Positions 46,503 through 57,453 of a stretch of DNA of 64,000 nucleotides are shown piece after piece. The DNA is from an uncultured Clostridia bacterium (GTDB lineage: Bacteria > Bacillota > Clostridia > Christensenellales > UBA1242): positions 43,303 through 107,302 of the forward strand of contig CALWPK010000002.1 of NCBI GenBank assembly GCA_944383415.1. Direction: 5' to 3'. Under the pieces are notes generated by a model that did no database searches, was not told the DNA's origin, and saw only the letters and a program-made list of their open reading frames with translations. Position 1 is the stretch's first letter; each line of letters begins with the position of its first letter. The position numbers and the translations under genes were made by a program.

Positions 46503-48242
46503 ATGGATATTGAAATAGAAAAAGAATTCAAAACTCATCTCAAAAGAGTATGCAAAAATTCACTTTTAAGGCGTCTCGCTCTAGAATTTTTCTATGATTT
46601 AGATGAAAAATTAAAGGACCTGACTTTCACTATAGACTCCTTTGAACCAATTGAATTTAATGGCAAATATCTTCAGCAAGATGTGATGAATGAATTGTTT
46701 GCCAAGAAGGATAAAGTGAGTGCCACAGAGGTGTTTTTGTATCTATTCAAATCCAATATTGAACATTTCAAATTATTCGAACAGGATAATAGTGTCGACG
46801 ATATGATGTCAGGTTATTTCAGCCCTACAGAAAAAAAATTGTGCATTCGAAAAATCAACCTAAGTAAATATTACGATCCGAAACAATTTGCTTTTGACCG
46901 CGCGTTCAAACCTATTGATATGGACGAATTTGAATGGAAAAAAGTGAAAGGAAACCGCGACACTCTATTGCTCCGACAACTATCTCAACTGAAGAAGAAA
47001 ACCAAAGAGACCGCTATCCGACTGATATTGGCAGAATATAAACACATAGTTTATCACGAATTGTGTCACGTGTTCAATTTGAAAACCTTTGACCACAGCC
47101 GATTTATAAAAAACGATTTTTCAAACATTATTTATAAAAAGGTAGAGAATTTTTATTTTCAACACTATTGCACAAATGGCAGTCTCGTAGACGAGGCTAA
47201 ACAAATTGGCGGATACAATAGATATCAAAAATTGTTAAAAGATTTGGAAAAGAAAGGATCAGACGCTATCTCTGAGACTTTAAACGAAGAATTGACCTTA
47301 ATCTTGGATAATAGTTTTCGGATTTCGCACGCTGACAACACTTTGTCTCAAGGGATGATGACGAAAGCGAGTTTGTCTGGAATCTGTGCGTATAACATCA
47401 ATTATGACATCGTCTCTATGATTCATCTTGCCTTGCCAGATGAAACTATTTTGGATTTTTGTTTCAATACTTCGAAAGTGATAAAAAAATTGGACCATCT
47501 GTACATTTCGCCAGAAAAACTGGACTCGTGCAAGCAAAGGTTGACCTATCTTATACTAGAAAATGATGAACTAGTAAACGGCGGAAAAGAAGATGCTCAA
47601 GACCTTTTGAAACTCGTTAAGCAATCAAATATTTTTTCCGTTCTTTGCGTTTTGCTTGCTTGTTCTGATCATTTGATTGTCAAAAACAATGTGAACTCAG
47701 TCCAAACAATTGCTGACTATAAGACAATTGCTCAAGAGATTTTGATTGAAGGGATAAAAAATAATTTAATAAATCAAATGAATGACAAAAACGTAACCAA
47801 AGACGAACAATTCTTCATATACCTAAACGACTGTTTGAAAACTATAGATGAATTTTTGATATATCCTGACGAAAAATCCATATTCGACCAAAGAGATGAT
47901 TCAAACATTGCGAAAATGTTGTCGATTGAAATCTACCACAAAAGATATCCAAACCTTAGTCACCTAACTTCATTTTACGAGTTGGTGAAACTAGTAAAAG
48001 GTATAGTAAAATCATATTCTGAAAAAATCAAAAATCTAACTGAAATTATGACATTTTTGAATGAGCAAATATCCCCAGCGCAAACCTGTCCCCGTCTAAA
48101 TAATTCCGCAAAAGAATCACTTATAAATAATATAGCACAGAGAAAAAACGAAAATATATCTGGGACTATCACAAATTCGACTCAAACCAAAAATGAAAGA
48201 TCTAGACTTGAAAATGTGACGTCATCAATCAATATAAACTAG
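46503..48242 (+). CDS. hypothetical protein with HExxH motif (possible zinc metallopeptidase)
   Basis: 579 aa. IVYHELCHVF. No signal peptide. Otherwise unrecognised. Confidence 0.6.
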   Translation: MDIEIEKEFKTHLKRVCKNSLLRRLALEFFYDLDEKLKDLTFTIDSFEPIEFNGKYLQQDVMNELFAKKDKVSATEVFLYLFKSNIEHFKLFEQDNSVDDMMSGYFSPTEKKLCIRKINLSKYYDPKQFAFDRAFKPIDMDEFEWKKVKGNRDTLLLRQLSQLKKKTKETAIRLILAEYKHIVYHELCHVFNLKTFDHSRFIKNDFSNIIYKKVENFYFQHYCTNGSLVDEAKQIGGYNRYQKLLKDLEKKGSDAISETLNEELTLILDNSFRISHADNTLSQGMMTKASLSGICAYNINYDIVSMIHLALPDETILDFCFNTSKVIKKLDHLYISPEKLDSCKQRLTYLILENDELVNGGKEDAQDLLKLVKQSNIFSVLCVLLACSDHLIVKNNVNSVQTIADYKTIAQEILIEGIKNNLINQMNDKNVTKDEQFFIYLNDCLKTIDEFLIYPDEKSIFDQRDDSNIAKMLSIEIYHKRYPNLSHLTSFYELVKLVKGIVKSYSEKIKNLTEIMTFLNEQISPAQTCPRLNNSAKESLINNIAQRKNENISGTITNSTQTKNERSRLENVTSSININ

Positions 48243-48527
48243 AATTTTTAACTAATCTTAAAATCTTATTATGAATTGTTTATATCTATTAAAATTTGTA
48301 TTACTTAGACGATGCCCTATTATTTGCCTATAAGATCAATGATAAGTTTAAACTACGCTAATTATTCTATGATACGACTCACGTGAAATTAAATTTAAAA
48401 AATGCTGAATCGGATGAAACTAAACAGAGTTTTAAAATTTATATTATATGCCTTTGGTATATAAAATAGGAAGAGATTAATTTCCCCTCCTATATTTTTA
48501 ATGATATTAAATTCACTTTAAGCATTT

Positions 48528-49946
<1,419 letters not shown>

Positions 49947-50037
49947 CTACCTCATATTATGATAAAAATAGAAAAATGTTTATCTAATAAATTTACGAAA
50001 TAATACTATTTAAAACAAATATTTCATACAATGATAT

Positions 50038-50634
50038 ATGAACCTCTTTTTTAACTCTATATTAAATCAGATCAGGGTGCGAAAAGGATTATTTATCGTT
50101 TTAATCATCTCCACAATAGTCGTAATAGTATTGGGTGTGATCTCTGCGATAAATCTTGATGGAGGAGTGTTGCCGATAGACCTATCAAACATTGCATTCA
50201 TCAGATATTTGAAAGGAGATTGTGGAGTATTTTTTCTAATATTTGGCACGATTTTGAATTTATTGCTATTTTATTCCTTAATATTATTATTCTGCTGTAA
50301 ACGTTTTTTGATTCCATTCGCGATAATTTTTTATCTATATTTTGTCTATAGTCAAATCGTCATATTCACAAGTTTGATATTGTTGTATGGATTCTTCAAC
50401 ACGCTCATTTTAATACTTCTACTCTTGATCTACATTCTGCTTGAGATCGTGTTATTGATGTTGTTTTTATTATTTTTGTTAAATTACACGGATAGTTTTG
50501 GATATTTTAAAAATTGTTTTTCATCCAACAATTCAAATCTGATAATTCTCACTTTGGCACTAATTGTGATTTCTATTTTGTTTTGTGTGGTATTGATTGT
50601 TTTGAAGTCGTTCGTAATACTTCTGATTTACTAA
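50038..50634 (+). CDS. polytopic membrane protein
   Basis: Five or six hydrophobic helices. Family not recognised. Confidence 0.6.
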   Translation: MNLFFNSILNQIRVRKGLFIVLIISTIVVIVLGVISAINLDGGVLPIDLSNIAFIRYLKGDCGVFFLIFGTILNLLLFYSLILLFCCKRFLIPFAIIFYLYFVYSQIVIFTSLILLYGFFNTLILILLLLIYILLEIVLLMLFLLFLLNYTDSFGYFKNCFSSNNSNLIILTLALIVISILFCVVLIVLKSFVILLIY

Positions 50635-51057
50635 TGGATACCTATATCAATTATCATAAGTTAAAAATTCTATTTATTTTTACTGCATAAATAAGTGTCT
50701 ATAGAAAACATCAATATCAAGATATCAAGACACTTGATACATAAGAGAATTATTTAACTGCAATATATGAATGATGAAATATTATACATATAAATAATGA
50801 AACTATTTAACAATCTAGACTACCAACAAGAATTTTAAATGAAGTAAACTATCAACAATTATAAAGTGGTATCAGCATAGGAATTTTTGATACAAAAAAT
50901 ATGGCGTCCTGCATAAAAACTAAACAATAAATCACGAAACAATGTTTGCTATCTATACAAAGACAACACCAATGAATAAGTCGAAATAATGAAGGTATTA
51001 TTATTTGATTACCAACACCAATTACCATCTCGTTTAATCTCAATATTAAAAATTTTA

Positions 51058-51086
51058 TTGACAGAATTATGAAATTATATTATAAT
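51058..51086 (+). promoter_or_regulatory. sigma-A type promoter
   Basis: TTGACA, 17-nt spacer, TATAAT. Confidence 0.65.
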
Positions 51087-51114
51087 ATACATATTATTGC
51101 GAGGAGGGATCTAA

Positions 51115-52128
51115 ATGAATTCTACAGACGACAATTCTAAGCAATCAACTCGGCAAACAGAAGATTCAAATGATGAAAGAAATTTAGATGAAAGAAAAAT
51201 CTCTTCCAATGAAGAAATTGATTTGAGTTATAAAAACAAGACTGAGGTTACAAAGGGCGGAATTCTAGGTCTATTCATAGGTCTAGCAGTAATCGTGCCA
51301 GGAGTCAGTGGCTCGGCTGTGGCAATAATATTTAAAATGTATGAAAAACTTCTCTATGCCATAGGAAATTTATTCAAGAAATTCAAAAAGTGTATTAAAT
51401 TTTTGCTCCCTATATTAATAGGTGTCTTGGTTGGATTCGTCTTGGGATTCTTCGGAGTCAGGTCGCTATTGAATATCATTCCATTCCTTGTAATATGTCT
51501 ATTTGCTGGATTGATGTTCGGCGCATACCCTGCCATTACAGATCAAATCAAGGGAACCAAGTTGAATGCAAAATATATATTACTATTCATTATTGGACTG
51601 GCTATCCCAATATTAGTCTCCTGTGTGTCCGTATTTTCAGACATCACGCAACACTCACTTTCAAATCTAAAATTTTACCATTACATATTGTTTGCTATAA
51701 TTGGTTTCCTAGTTGCTATCACGCAATTGGTGCCAGGTCTTAGCGCTACCGCACTCCTTATGTCTTTTGGATATTTCACTCCGCTAATGAATTCGGTAAG
51801 CCTTACTAATTTTAAAGAAAATCCTACAATATTTCTGGTATATTTATGTTTGATCATAGGCTTTATCATTGGACTTTTTGTAGTATCAAAGGGACTTAAT
51901 AAAATTTTGAACAGATACAAAACTCCTACATTTTACTGCATCGCAGGTCTATCATTAGGTTCAATCGTCACGATGTTCTTCAATCCCGAAATTATGGAAA
52001 TCTACGTCGGTTGGAGCGCTGGAGGAATGGTGCTTGATATATCAATGGGAGTCCTTGTACTCATAATTGGCATTGTAATATCATACCTTTTCGTCAGATT
52101 TGAACGGAAAAAGGATACAAATCGCTGA
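51115..52128 (+). CDS. DUF368-family membrane protein (family implicated in undecaprenyl-phosphate recycling)
   Basis: GLAVIVPGVSGSAVAIIF and a second LVPGLSATALL motif. Has a hydrophilic N-terminal extension of about 45 aa. Confidence 0.75.
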   Translation: MNSTDDNSKQSTRQTEDSNDERNLDERKISSNEEIDLSYKNKTEVTKGGILGLFIGLAVIVPGVSGSAVAIIFKMYEKLLYAIGNLFKKFKKCIKFLLPILIGVLVGFVLGFFGVRSLLNIIPFLVICLFAGLMFGAYPAITDQIKGTKLNAKYILLFIIGLAIPILVSCVSVFSDITQHSLSNLKFYHYILFAIIGFLVAITQLVPGLSATALLMSFGYFTPLMNSVSLTNFKENPTIFLVYLCLIIGFIIGLFVVSKGLNKILNRYKTPTFYCIAGLSLGSIVTMFFNPEIMEIYVGWSAGGMVLDISMGVLVLIIGIVISYLFVRFERKKDTNR

Positions 52129-52266
52129 AATTAAAAAAAATCTGTAAACAAATCGCGCTTAGCATTGAATTTCGAATTATTTACGTAATATAAACTAAAA
52201 TTAAACAAATATTTTATGAAACAAATAATAAACTACAATTGTAGAATATAAACTTAGGAGAAGAAA

Positions 52267-53079
52267 ATGAAAGCAGTTATTTTAGCAGGCGGATACGCCA
52301 ATCGTCTTCGTCCGGTTACGGACAATGGCCGTATTGCCAAGACTCTATTACCAATTGATGTCGAAGGCAAAACGCAACCTATTCTATATTTTTTATTAGA
52401 CAAAATTCATTCCCTCAAAGGTGTGGATGAAATAATAGTAGTGGTCAACGATCTGTATCACAATCAGATCAAAAAGGCGTGCCAAGACTACAACTCAAAA
52501 ATTAATTTCACTCTAGTTTCAGATGGTTCGAACAGTCCAGAACAGGCAAAGGGTGCAAATTATGCAATATTGAAAGCGAACAACACTATCCCATATAGTT
52601 ATGATGAAAAAATTTTAGTAATGGCAAGTGATAATTATTTCGAATTCGATCTAAACGAACTGGTGAAAAAATACGATGATTTGGCTTCACAATCTCCTCG
52701 CCCAATCAATATGGTTTCGTCAAAAGTCTATCCAGACAGTGATCGCGAGTATATTGCCAAAAATTTTGGAATCTTGAACATAAACAAAAACAAACGCATC
52801 ATTTCTCTAGACGAAAAGCCAGGAATTGAAAATTTGAAAACGAACAACGTCTCACTTGCAATTTACCTATTCAATCGCGCAGATCTTGACAAAATCGAAA
52901 CTTATATGGAGCAAAACAAAATGGATAAAAAGAAATGTGACTCGCTTGGTTATTTCATAAATTATACGATAGAGAATTCTCCTACCTACACTTATGAAAT
53001 AGATGGCGAATTTTGCGACATTGGCACTCCGGATGAGTACAAAAAACTTGCTCCTCTTCACAACGACCTGCAATATTAA
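52267..53079 (+). CDS. sugar-phosphate nucleotidyltransferase
   Basis: MKAVILAGGYANRLRPVT is the G-rich NTP-transferase signature. Confidence 0.8.
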   Translation: MKAVILAGGYANRLRPVTDNGRIAKTLLPIDVEGKTQPILYFLLDKIHSLKGVDEIIVVVNDLYHNQIKKACQDYNSKINFTLVSDGSNSPEQAKGANYAILKANNTIPYSYDEKILVMASDNYFEFDLNELVKKYDDLASQSPRPINMVSSKVYPDSDREYIAKNFGILNINKNKRIISLDEKPGIENLKTNNVSLAIYLFNRADLDKIETYMEQNKMDKKKCDSLGYFINYTIENSPTYTYEIDGEFCDIGTPDEYKKLAPLHNDLQY

Positions 53080-53227
53080 ATTTGACATAAACTTATAGTT
53101 GATATTGCTATTAGAATGAACATAAAACCTTTGTTAAATAAAAATATCTATGACACAATATAAAATATCTATTATTTTCTTTTGAGTCTACAAAAAGTTG
53201 ACAAATCAAATTTGGAGATTTCAAAGT

Positions 53228-53255
53228 GAGCCAAACTTGGTTCGCTTTGTTTTTT
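53228..53255 (+). terminator. intrinsic terminator
   Basis: gagcca-aact-tggttc followed by gctttgtttttt. Confidence 0.5.
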
Positions 53256-53335
53256 GCTCTCCATACTATCGTTTCTTATGAATTTTCTCATTAACTAATC
53301 TAATTATACAAAATGAAAAAAATTATGAAAAATGA

Positions 53336-53364
53336 TTGAATTGCCAAAACAAATTTGCTATAAT
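53336..53364 (+). promoter_or_regulatory. sigma-A type promoter of tRNA-Gly
   Basis: TTGAAT, 17-nt spacer, TGcTATAAT. The tRNA starts 9 nt after the -10 element. Confidence 0.65.
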
Positions 53365-53372
53365 CTCTATGT

Positions 53373-53446
53373 GCGGGTGTAGTACATCGGTAGTACTCGG
53401 GCTTCCCAAGCCTGTGAGGTGGGTTCGACTCCCATCACTCGCTCCA
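53373..53446 (+). tRNA. tRNA-Gly (anticodon CCC), encoded CCA
   Basis: Hand fold: acceptor gcgggtg/cactcgc, anticodon stem cgggc/gcctg, loop tt-CCC-aa, T loop ttcgact. Confidence 0.88.
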
Positions 53447-53451
53447 TAAAA

Positions 53452-53645
53452 GAATGACTCGCCCTTTTGTCAAATTACTAACGTAATTATTGACCTATTG
53501 GGCGGTCATTCTTTTTTCCCACTACGAACCAGTTCTTGTGTGAGCCCTATATTTACTCGCCCTTTTGTCAAATTACTAACGTAATTATTGACCTATTGGG
53601 CGGTCATTCTTTTTTCCCACTGCGAACTAGTTCTTGTGTGAGCCT
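53452..53645 (+). repeat. tandem duplication (2 x 98 bp) of the tRNA-associated structured repeat module
   Basis: actcgcccttttgtcaaattactaacgtaattattgacctattgggcggtcattcttttttcccact[a/g]cgaac[c/t]agttcttgtgtgagcc occurs at 53457 and again at 53555. Confidence 0.9.
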
Positions 53646-53677
53646 TGCTAAATATAATACGAACTTTTTAGTTTGGG

Positions 53678-53728
53678 TTATTTTCTTTGTAATCTTATCC
53701 CTTATTTTTCTCTTTTCACACTTCTTTC
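53678..53728 (+). repeat. third, partial copy of the T/C-rich DR element
   Basis: gttattttctttgtaatcttatcccttatttttctcttttcacacttctttc aligns with 29671-29724. Confidence 0.55.
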
Positions 53729-53787
53729 ATAATAGTAAAGCAATATTTGTCATTGTTCAAATTTTTTAAAAAATTTATTAAATTTGC

Positions 53788-53844
53788 TTGACAGTTGAAT
53801 GTTTGTTCAACTATAATCATATACATAATTGAATGACAGTTCAA
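53788..53844 (+). promoter_or_regulatory. cadC promoter with two TTGAA-N6-TTCAA operators
   Basis: TTGACA (53788-53793), 18-nt spacer, TATAAT (53812-53817). IR1 agttgaatgtttgttcaact fills the spacer (53793-53812). IR2 ttgaatgacagttcaa lies at 53829-53844. Confidence 0.65.
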
Positions 53845-53871
53845 CTATTATGAGATTTTATAGGAGATTTT

Positions 53872-54297
53872 ATGAATCTAGAAAAAATTAAAATAGAAGG
53901 AGTTAATGGCGAAACTCGTTGTAGATCCAACGGAGATATGTGTAGATGTTCTAGCAGATGCGATTGCGACGTCATCCATACTGACACGGTGGAAAAGGTG
54001 AAAACCAAAATGTTGTCAGACGAAATTTTGATAGATATATCAGATTTTTACAAAGCATTATCAGATAGCACACGGCTAAAAATTATCAACGCATTAAATA
54101 TTAGTGAAATGTGTGTTTGCGACATATCTGCGCTATTAAATATGACAAAATCTGCAATATCTCATCAATTGAAAAACTTGAAAGATTTGAACTTGGTCAA
54201 ATCAAGACGGCAAGGGAAAGAGGTATATTATAGCCTAGCGGATAGACACGTTCAAATTGTGTTCGAGATCACGCGCGAACACGTGGAGGAAAAATAA
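53872..54297 (+). CDS. cadC: ArsR/SmtB-family metalloregulator (CadC-like)
   Basis: Cys-rich N-terminus (RCRSNGDMCRCSSRCDCD). LKIINAL...MCVCDISALLNMTKSAISHQLKNLK. Confidence 0.85.
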   Translation: MNLEKIKIEGVNGETRCRSNGDMCRCSSRCDCDVIHTDTVEKVKTKMLSDEILIDISDFYKALSDSTRLKIINALNISEMCVCDISALLNMTKSAISHQLKNLKDLNLVKSRRQGKEVYYSLADRHVQIVFEITREHVEEK

Positions 54298-54298
54298 T

Positions 54299-56341
54299 AT
54301 GAAAAAGACAGTACGAATTGAGGGACTTGATTGTCCAAATTGCGCACGTAGTTTATGCACAGCGATAAATAAACTAGATAATGTGAAAAATGCGGAAATT
54401 GATTTTATCAACTCAAAATTGAGTTTTGAAAGTGCAGACACCGATTCCGCCACCGAGAAGATCATTGCTCTCACAAGGCAACTAGAACCTGACGCAAAAA
54501 TAGTTTTGGAAAAGAAAAAAACGAGCATAATAAACAAGAATTTCATTATTGATTTATCCACTATCTTGCTTGGCACAATTATAGGAATTTGTGCACTATT
54601 TATCTCAATGCCAGTGGCACTGTTTTGGACTTTGTTTGTGATCAGCGCACTACTGCTTGGATACAAAACCTATTACAAAGCGCTCGCTCTATTGTTCAAA
54701 GGGAAAATAAATGAAAACTTACTGATCACCTTGTCAGTAATCGGCGCTACAGCCATTGGCGAGCATACAGAGGGATTGATGGTGATATGTCTATACTCTA
54801 TAGGGAAATTATTAGAGGGATTGGCTGTAAATAAATCACGAAAATCTATTGAAGATTTGACCAACTTACAACCGGAATATGCAAATGTACTAATTGACGG
54901 AGAAGAAAAACGTGTTAGTCCGAAAGACGTGGCGATCGGTTCTACTATAATCGTTCGCGCTGGAGAACGGGTGGCACTAGACGGAAAAGTGCTGACAGGC
55001 AAAGCGAGCCTAAACACTCAGAGTTTGACCGGCGAGAGTCTGCCAGTCTCAGTCAGTCCAGATGACGAAATTCTATCAGGCAGTATTGTATTGGACGGAA
55101 CTCTCACCATTGAGACAAAAGAGGAATATTCAAACAGCACGGTCAGCAAGATTATCAACTTGATCGAAAATGCTCAAGAGAAAAAATCAAAGACTGAAAC
55201 CGCAATCTCAAAGATCACAAGATGGTACACGCTCGGAGTGTTGATCTTATCCCTGACAGTGTTTGGCATTGTTTATGCCGTGACTAGAGAATTCTCGACC
55301 GCCCTATATCGCGGAATGATATTTTTGGTAGTATCCTGTCCGTGTGCATTTGCAATTTCTGTTCCGTTATCCTACTTTTCGGGGCTTGGCAACGCATCGA
55401 AAAATGGAATCTTGATCAAGGGTTCAAACTATCTGGACGCTTTGGCTAAAATTAATTTGCTCGCATTTGATAAGACTGGCACTATCACTACAGGAGAATT
55501 TTCTGTGGAAAACATTGAAATTTTGGATTCAAACAAAAATAAAAATGACATAATATATCTTGCCTGTCTAGGAGAGCAAAACTCTATTCATCCACTCGCA
55601 AAATCTATTCTTTCACTCAACACTCGCCCACTTGAAAAAGTGCAAAATGTGTGCGAGGTGGCAGGCGAGGGACTGTATTATTCATATAATAAAATGAAAT
55701 ATTTTATAGGTAGAAAAAATAAAGATAACAAATCTACCATTGTAGAACTATATGAAAACGAAAAATTGATCGCAATTTTTCACCTAAGCGACACAGTCAA
55801 GCATTCAGCCAAACGTGCAATTGATGATTTGCGAGCATTAAAAGTCAAAACAATCCTTCTCTCTGGTGACAACAAAGAGTCTGTAGAAACCGTAGGCAAA
55901 ACGATTGGCATAGACGAAGTGAGATATCAACTCCTACCACAAGACAAATTCGCCTATATAGACAACATAAAGAATGATAGCAAAGTCGAGATCGGATATG
56001 TGGGAGACGGCATCAATGATGCACCGAGTCTGACTCGTGCTGATGTGGGAATAAGTATGGGGATAAACGGTTCACCAGCAAGCATTGAAGCATCTGACGT
56101 TGTGCTGGTAGATGACAATCCAGACAAAGTGGCAACCGCCATTAAGATATCAAAATATACGCGAAAAATCGTTTGGCAAAACATCATCCTCTCTGCTGTC
56201 GTGAAGGTAACTTTCTTGCTTCTCGGATCATTCGGCATCACAGGAATGTTGAGCGCAGTTTTTGCAGATGTCGGTGTCACATTGATTGCCATCCTCAACA
56301 GCCTTCGTGCTTTGAAATACAACCCAAATAAAAATATCTAA
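54299..56341 (+). CDS. cadA: heavy-metal (Cd/Zn-type) P1B ATPase
   Basis: HMA domain GLDCPNCA, then SCPCAF, DKTGT and GDGINDAP. The start was moved to the ATG at 54299, 1 nt after the cadC stop. Confidence 0.92.
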   Translation: MKKTVRIEGLDCPNCARSLCTAINKLDNVKNAEIDFINSKLSFESADTDSATEKIIALTRQLEPDAKIVLEKKKTSIINKNFIIDLSTILLGTIIGICALFISMPVALFWTLFVISALLLGYKTYYKALALLFKGKINENLLITLSVIGATAIGEHTEGLMVICLYSIGKLLEGLAVNKSRKSIEDLTNLQPEYANVLIDGEEKRVSPKDVAIGSTIIVRAGERVALDGKVLTGKASLNTQSLTGESLPVSVSPDDEILSGSIVLDGTLTIETKEEYSNSTVSKIINLIENAQEKKSKTETAISKITRWYTLGVLILSLTVFGIVYAVTREFSTALYRGMIFLVVSCPCAFAISVPLSYFSGLGNASKNGILIKGSNYLDALAKINLLAFDKTGTITTGEFSVENIEILDSNKNKNDIIYLACLGEQNSIHPLAKSILSLNTRPLEKVQNVCEVAGEGLYYSYNKMKYFIGRKNKDNKSTIVELYENEKLIAIFHLSDTVKHSAKRAIDDLRALKVKTILLSGDNKESVETVGKTIGIDEVRYQLLPQDKFAYIDNIKNDSKVEIGYVGDGINDAPSLTRADVGISMGINGSPASIEASDVVLVDDNPDKVATAIKISKYTRKIVWQNIILSAVVKVTFLLLGSFGITGMLSAVFADVGVTLIAILNSLRALKYNPNKNI

Positions 56342-56801
56342 TCTAATCCAACCTAATTAATCAAACCTGGTGGTTTTTCATTTGAGAGAAAATTCGCTTT
56401 TATCGACAACACAAATCGCGTACATTTCTTGCACAATTTTTTTCTTCAATTTTCATATTATCCTTTTGGCATTATGATTTTTATTTTGGCACTTTACTTA
56501 TATTATCTGTCCATCGGTAAATTTCTAGCGAACATTCAAACTATCTGGAGGTTTTCATTTGAAATAAACTCGTCACTAATTTGACAATTCTTTATAATTC
56601 ATAATAAATTTGTATCAATTACGAAAAATATTTGTTTTAATTTTATAATTAAATGATCGTTTATGTTAACAATCTATAACTTTAAAATAAAATTATATAT
56701 CTAAACTTAAATTTTATTATGCTTCACAATATTTTCAATTCAACTTTTTGGTTATATACTATATGCTGTATTAAAATTAAGAAAAAATTGTAGAAAAAAT
56801 C

Positions 56802-56830
56802 TTGACAATTATTTTTTTTTCATATATACT
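56802..56830 (+). promoter_or_regulatory. sigma-A type promoter of tRNA-Met
   Basis: TTGACA, 17-nt spacer (contains T9), TATACT. Confidence 0.6.
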
Positions 56831-56844
56831 AGGAAAGTAATCTT

Positions 56845-56920
56845 GGCGGTGTGGCTCAGCGGTTAAAGCAATCGGTTCATACCCGATAGATCGGTAGTTC
56901 GATTCTACCCACCGCCACCA
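56845..56920 (+). tRNA. tRNA-Met (anticodon CAT, elongator-like), encoded CCA
   Basis: Acceptor ggcggtg/caccgcc (paired 1:72, so not initiator-like), anticodon stem atcgg/ccgat, loop tt-CAT-ac. An Ile2 (lysidine) identity cannot be excluded by eye. Confidence 0.85.
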
Positions 56921-57117
56921 GCTACAATTCTTCCAATCGGTGTAGCGTAAAGATTACAAAAATTCCTTTTATCCTATAGACCATTAATTTGGTCGATTAT
57001 GCAAAATGCATAATTAAAACCTTCCTTTGTTTTATTAATTATTGGTGGCAACCAATAAAACCGAGAAAGTACCGACATTAAGTTCTTCCTTATTGTCGGT
57101 ATGCAAATCACTCGGAA

Positions 57118-57145
57118 ATTTGACGAAACTGGCAGACAGTGTCGC
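57118..57145 (+). pseudogene. 5-prime fragment of a tRNA-Leu gene (acceptor/D-arm remnant)
   Basis: cgaaactggcagac (57124-57137) is identical to the D arm of the tRNA-Leu at 29346. The flanks are partly similar (tcggaaatttga versus gcggatatggg). Confidence 0.45.
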
Positions 57146-57306
57146 AAAACATATTTTATAATATTGAATTATTAGATCAAAAGTTCATTATTGACCACGA
57201 AATTCTAGAATTATTAAAACAGGAAAATCAACACAAATAAAAAATTTGACAGCAACCAATAGTTATCCAATAGCAATGCCTCAAACTAAATTAATAATCA
57301 TAAGAT

Positions 57307-57381
57307 GGTCCCATGGTCAAGCGGTTAAGACACCACCCTTTCACGGTGGTATCAGGGGTTCGATTCCCCTTGGGACTACCA
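57307..57381 (+). tRNA. tRNA-Glu (anticodon TTC), encoded CCA
   Basis: ggtcccatggtcaagcggttaagacaccaccctTTCacggtgg... with T loop ttcgatt and 3-prime gggactacca. Confidence 0.88.
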
Positions 57382-57409
57382 AAAAACTATAAATAGTGTT
57401 TTTATCTTA

Positions 57410-57453
57410 AATGACTTGTCTAGTTGTAGTAGTTAATGACAAGTCATTTTTTA
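57410..57453 (+). terminator. intrinsic terminator after tRNA-Glu
   Basis: aatgacttgtc ... gacaagtcatt followed by T6. Confidence 0.75.

Noticed and set aside
50852-51043. 63-aa minus-strand ORF in the gap upstream of the DUF368 gene
   Set aside because: It is Cys- and Ile-rich, has no RBS and overlaps the AT-rich promoter region of the DUF368 gene.
56400-56456. 18-codon minus-strand ORF MKIEEKNCARNVRDLCCR with an aagga RBS, convergent with cadA
   Set aside because: It is too short to support from sequence alone. The three cysteines next to a metal-efflux operon are intriguing, but this could easily be chance.
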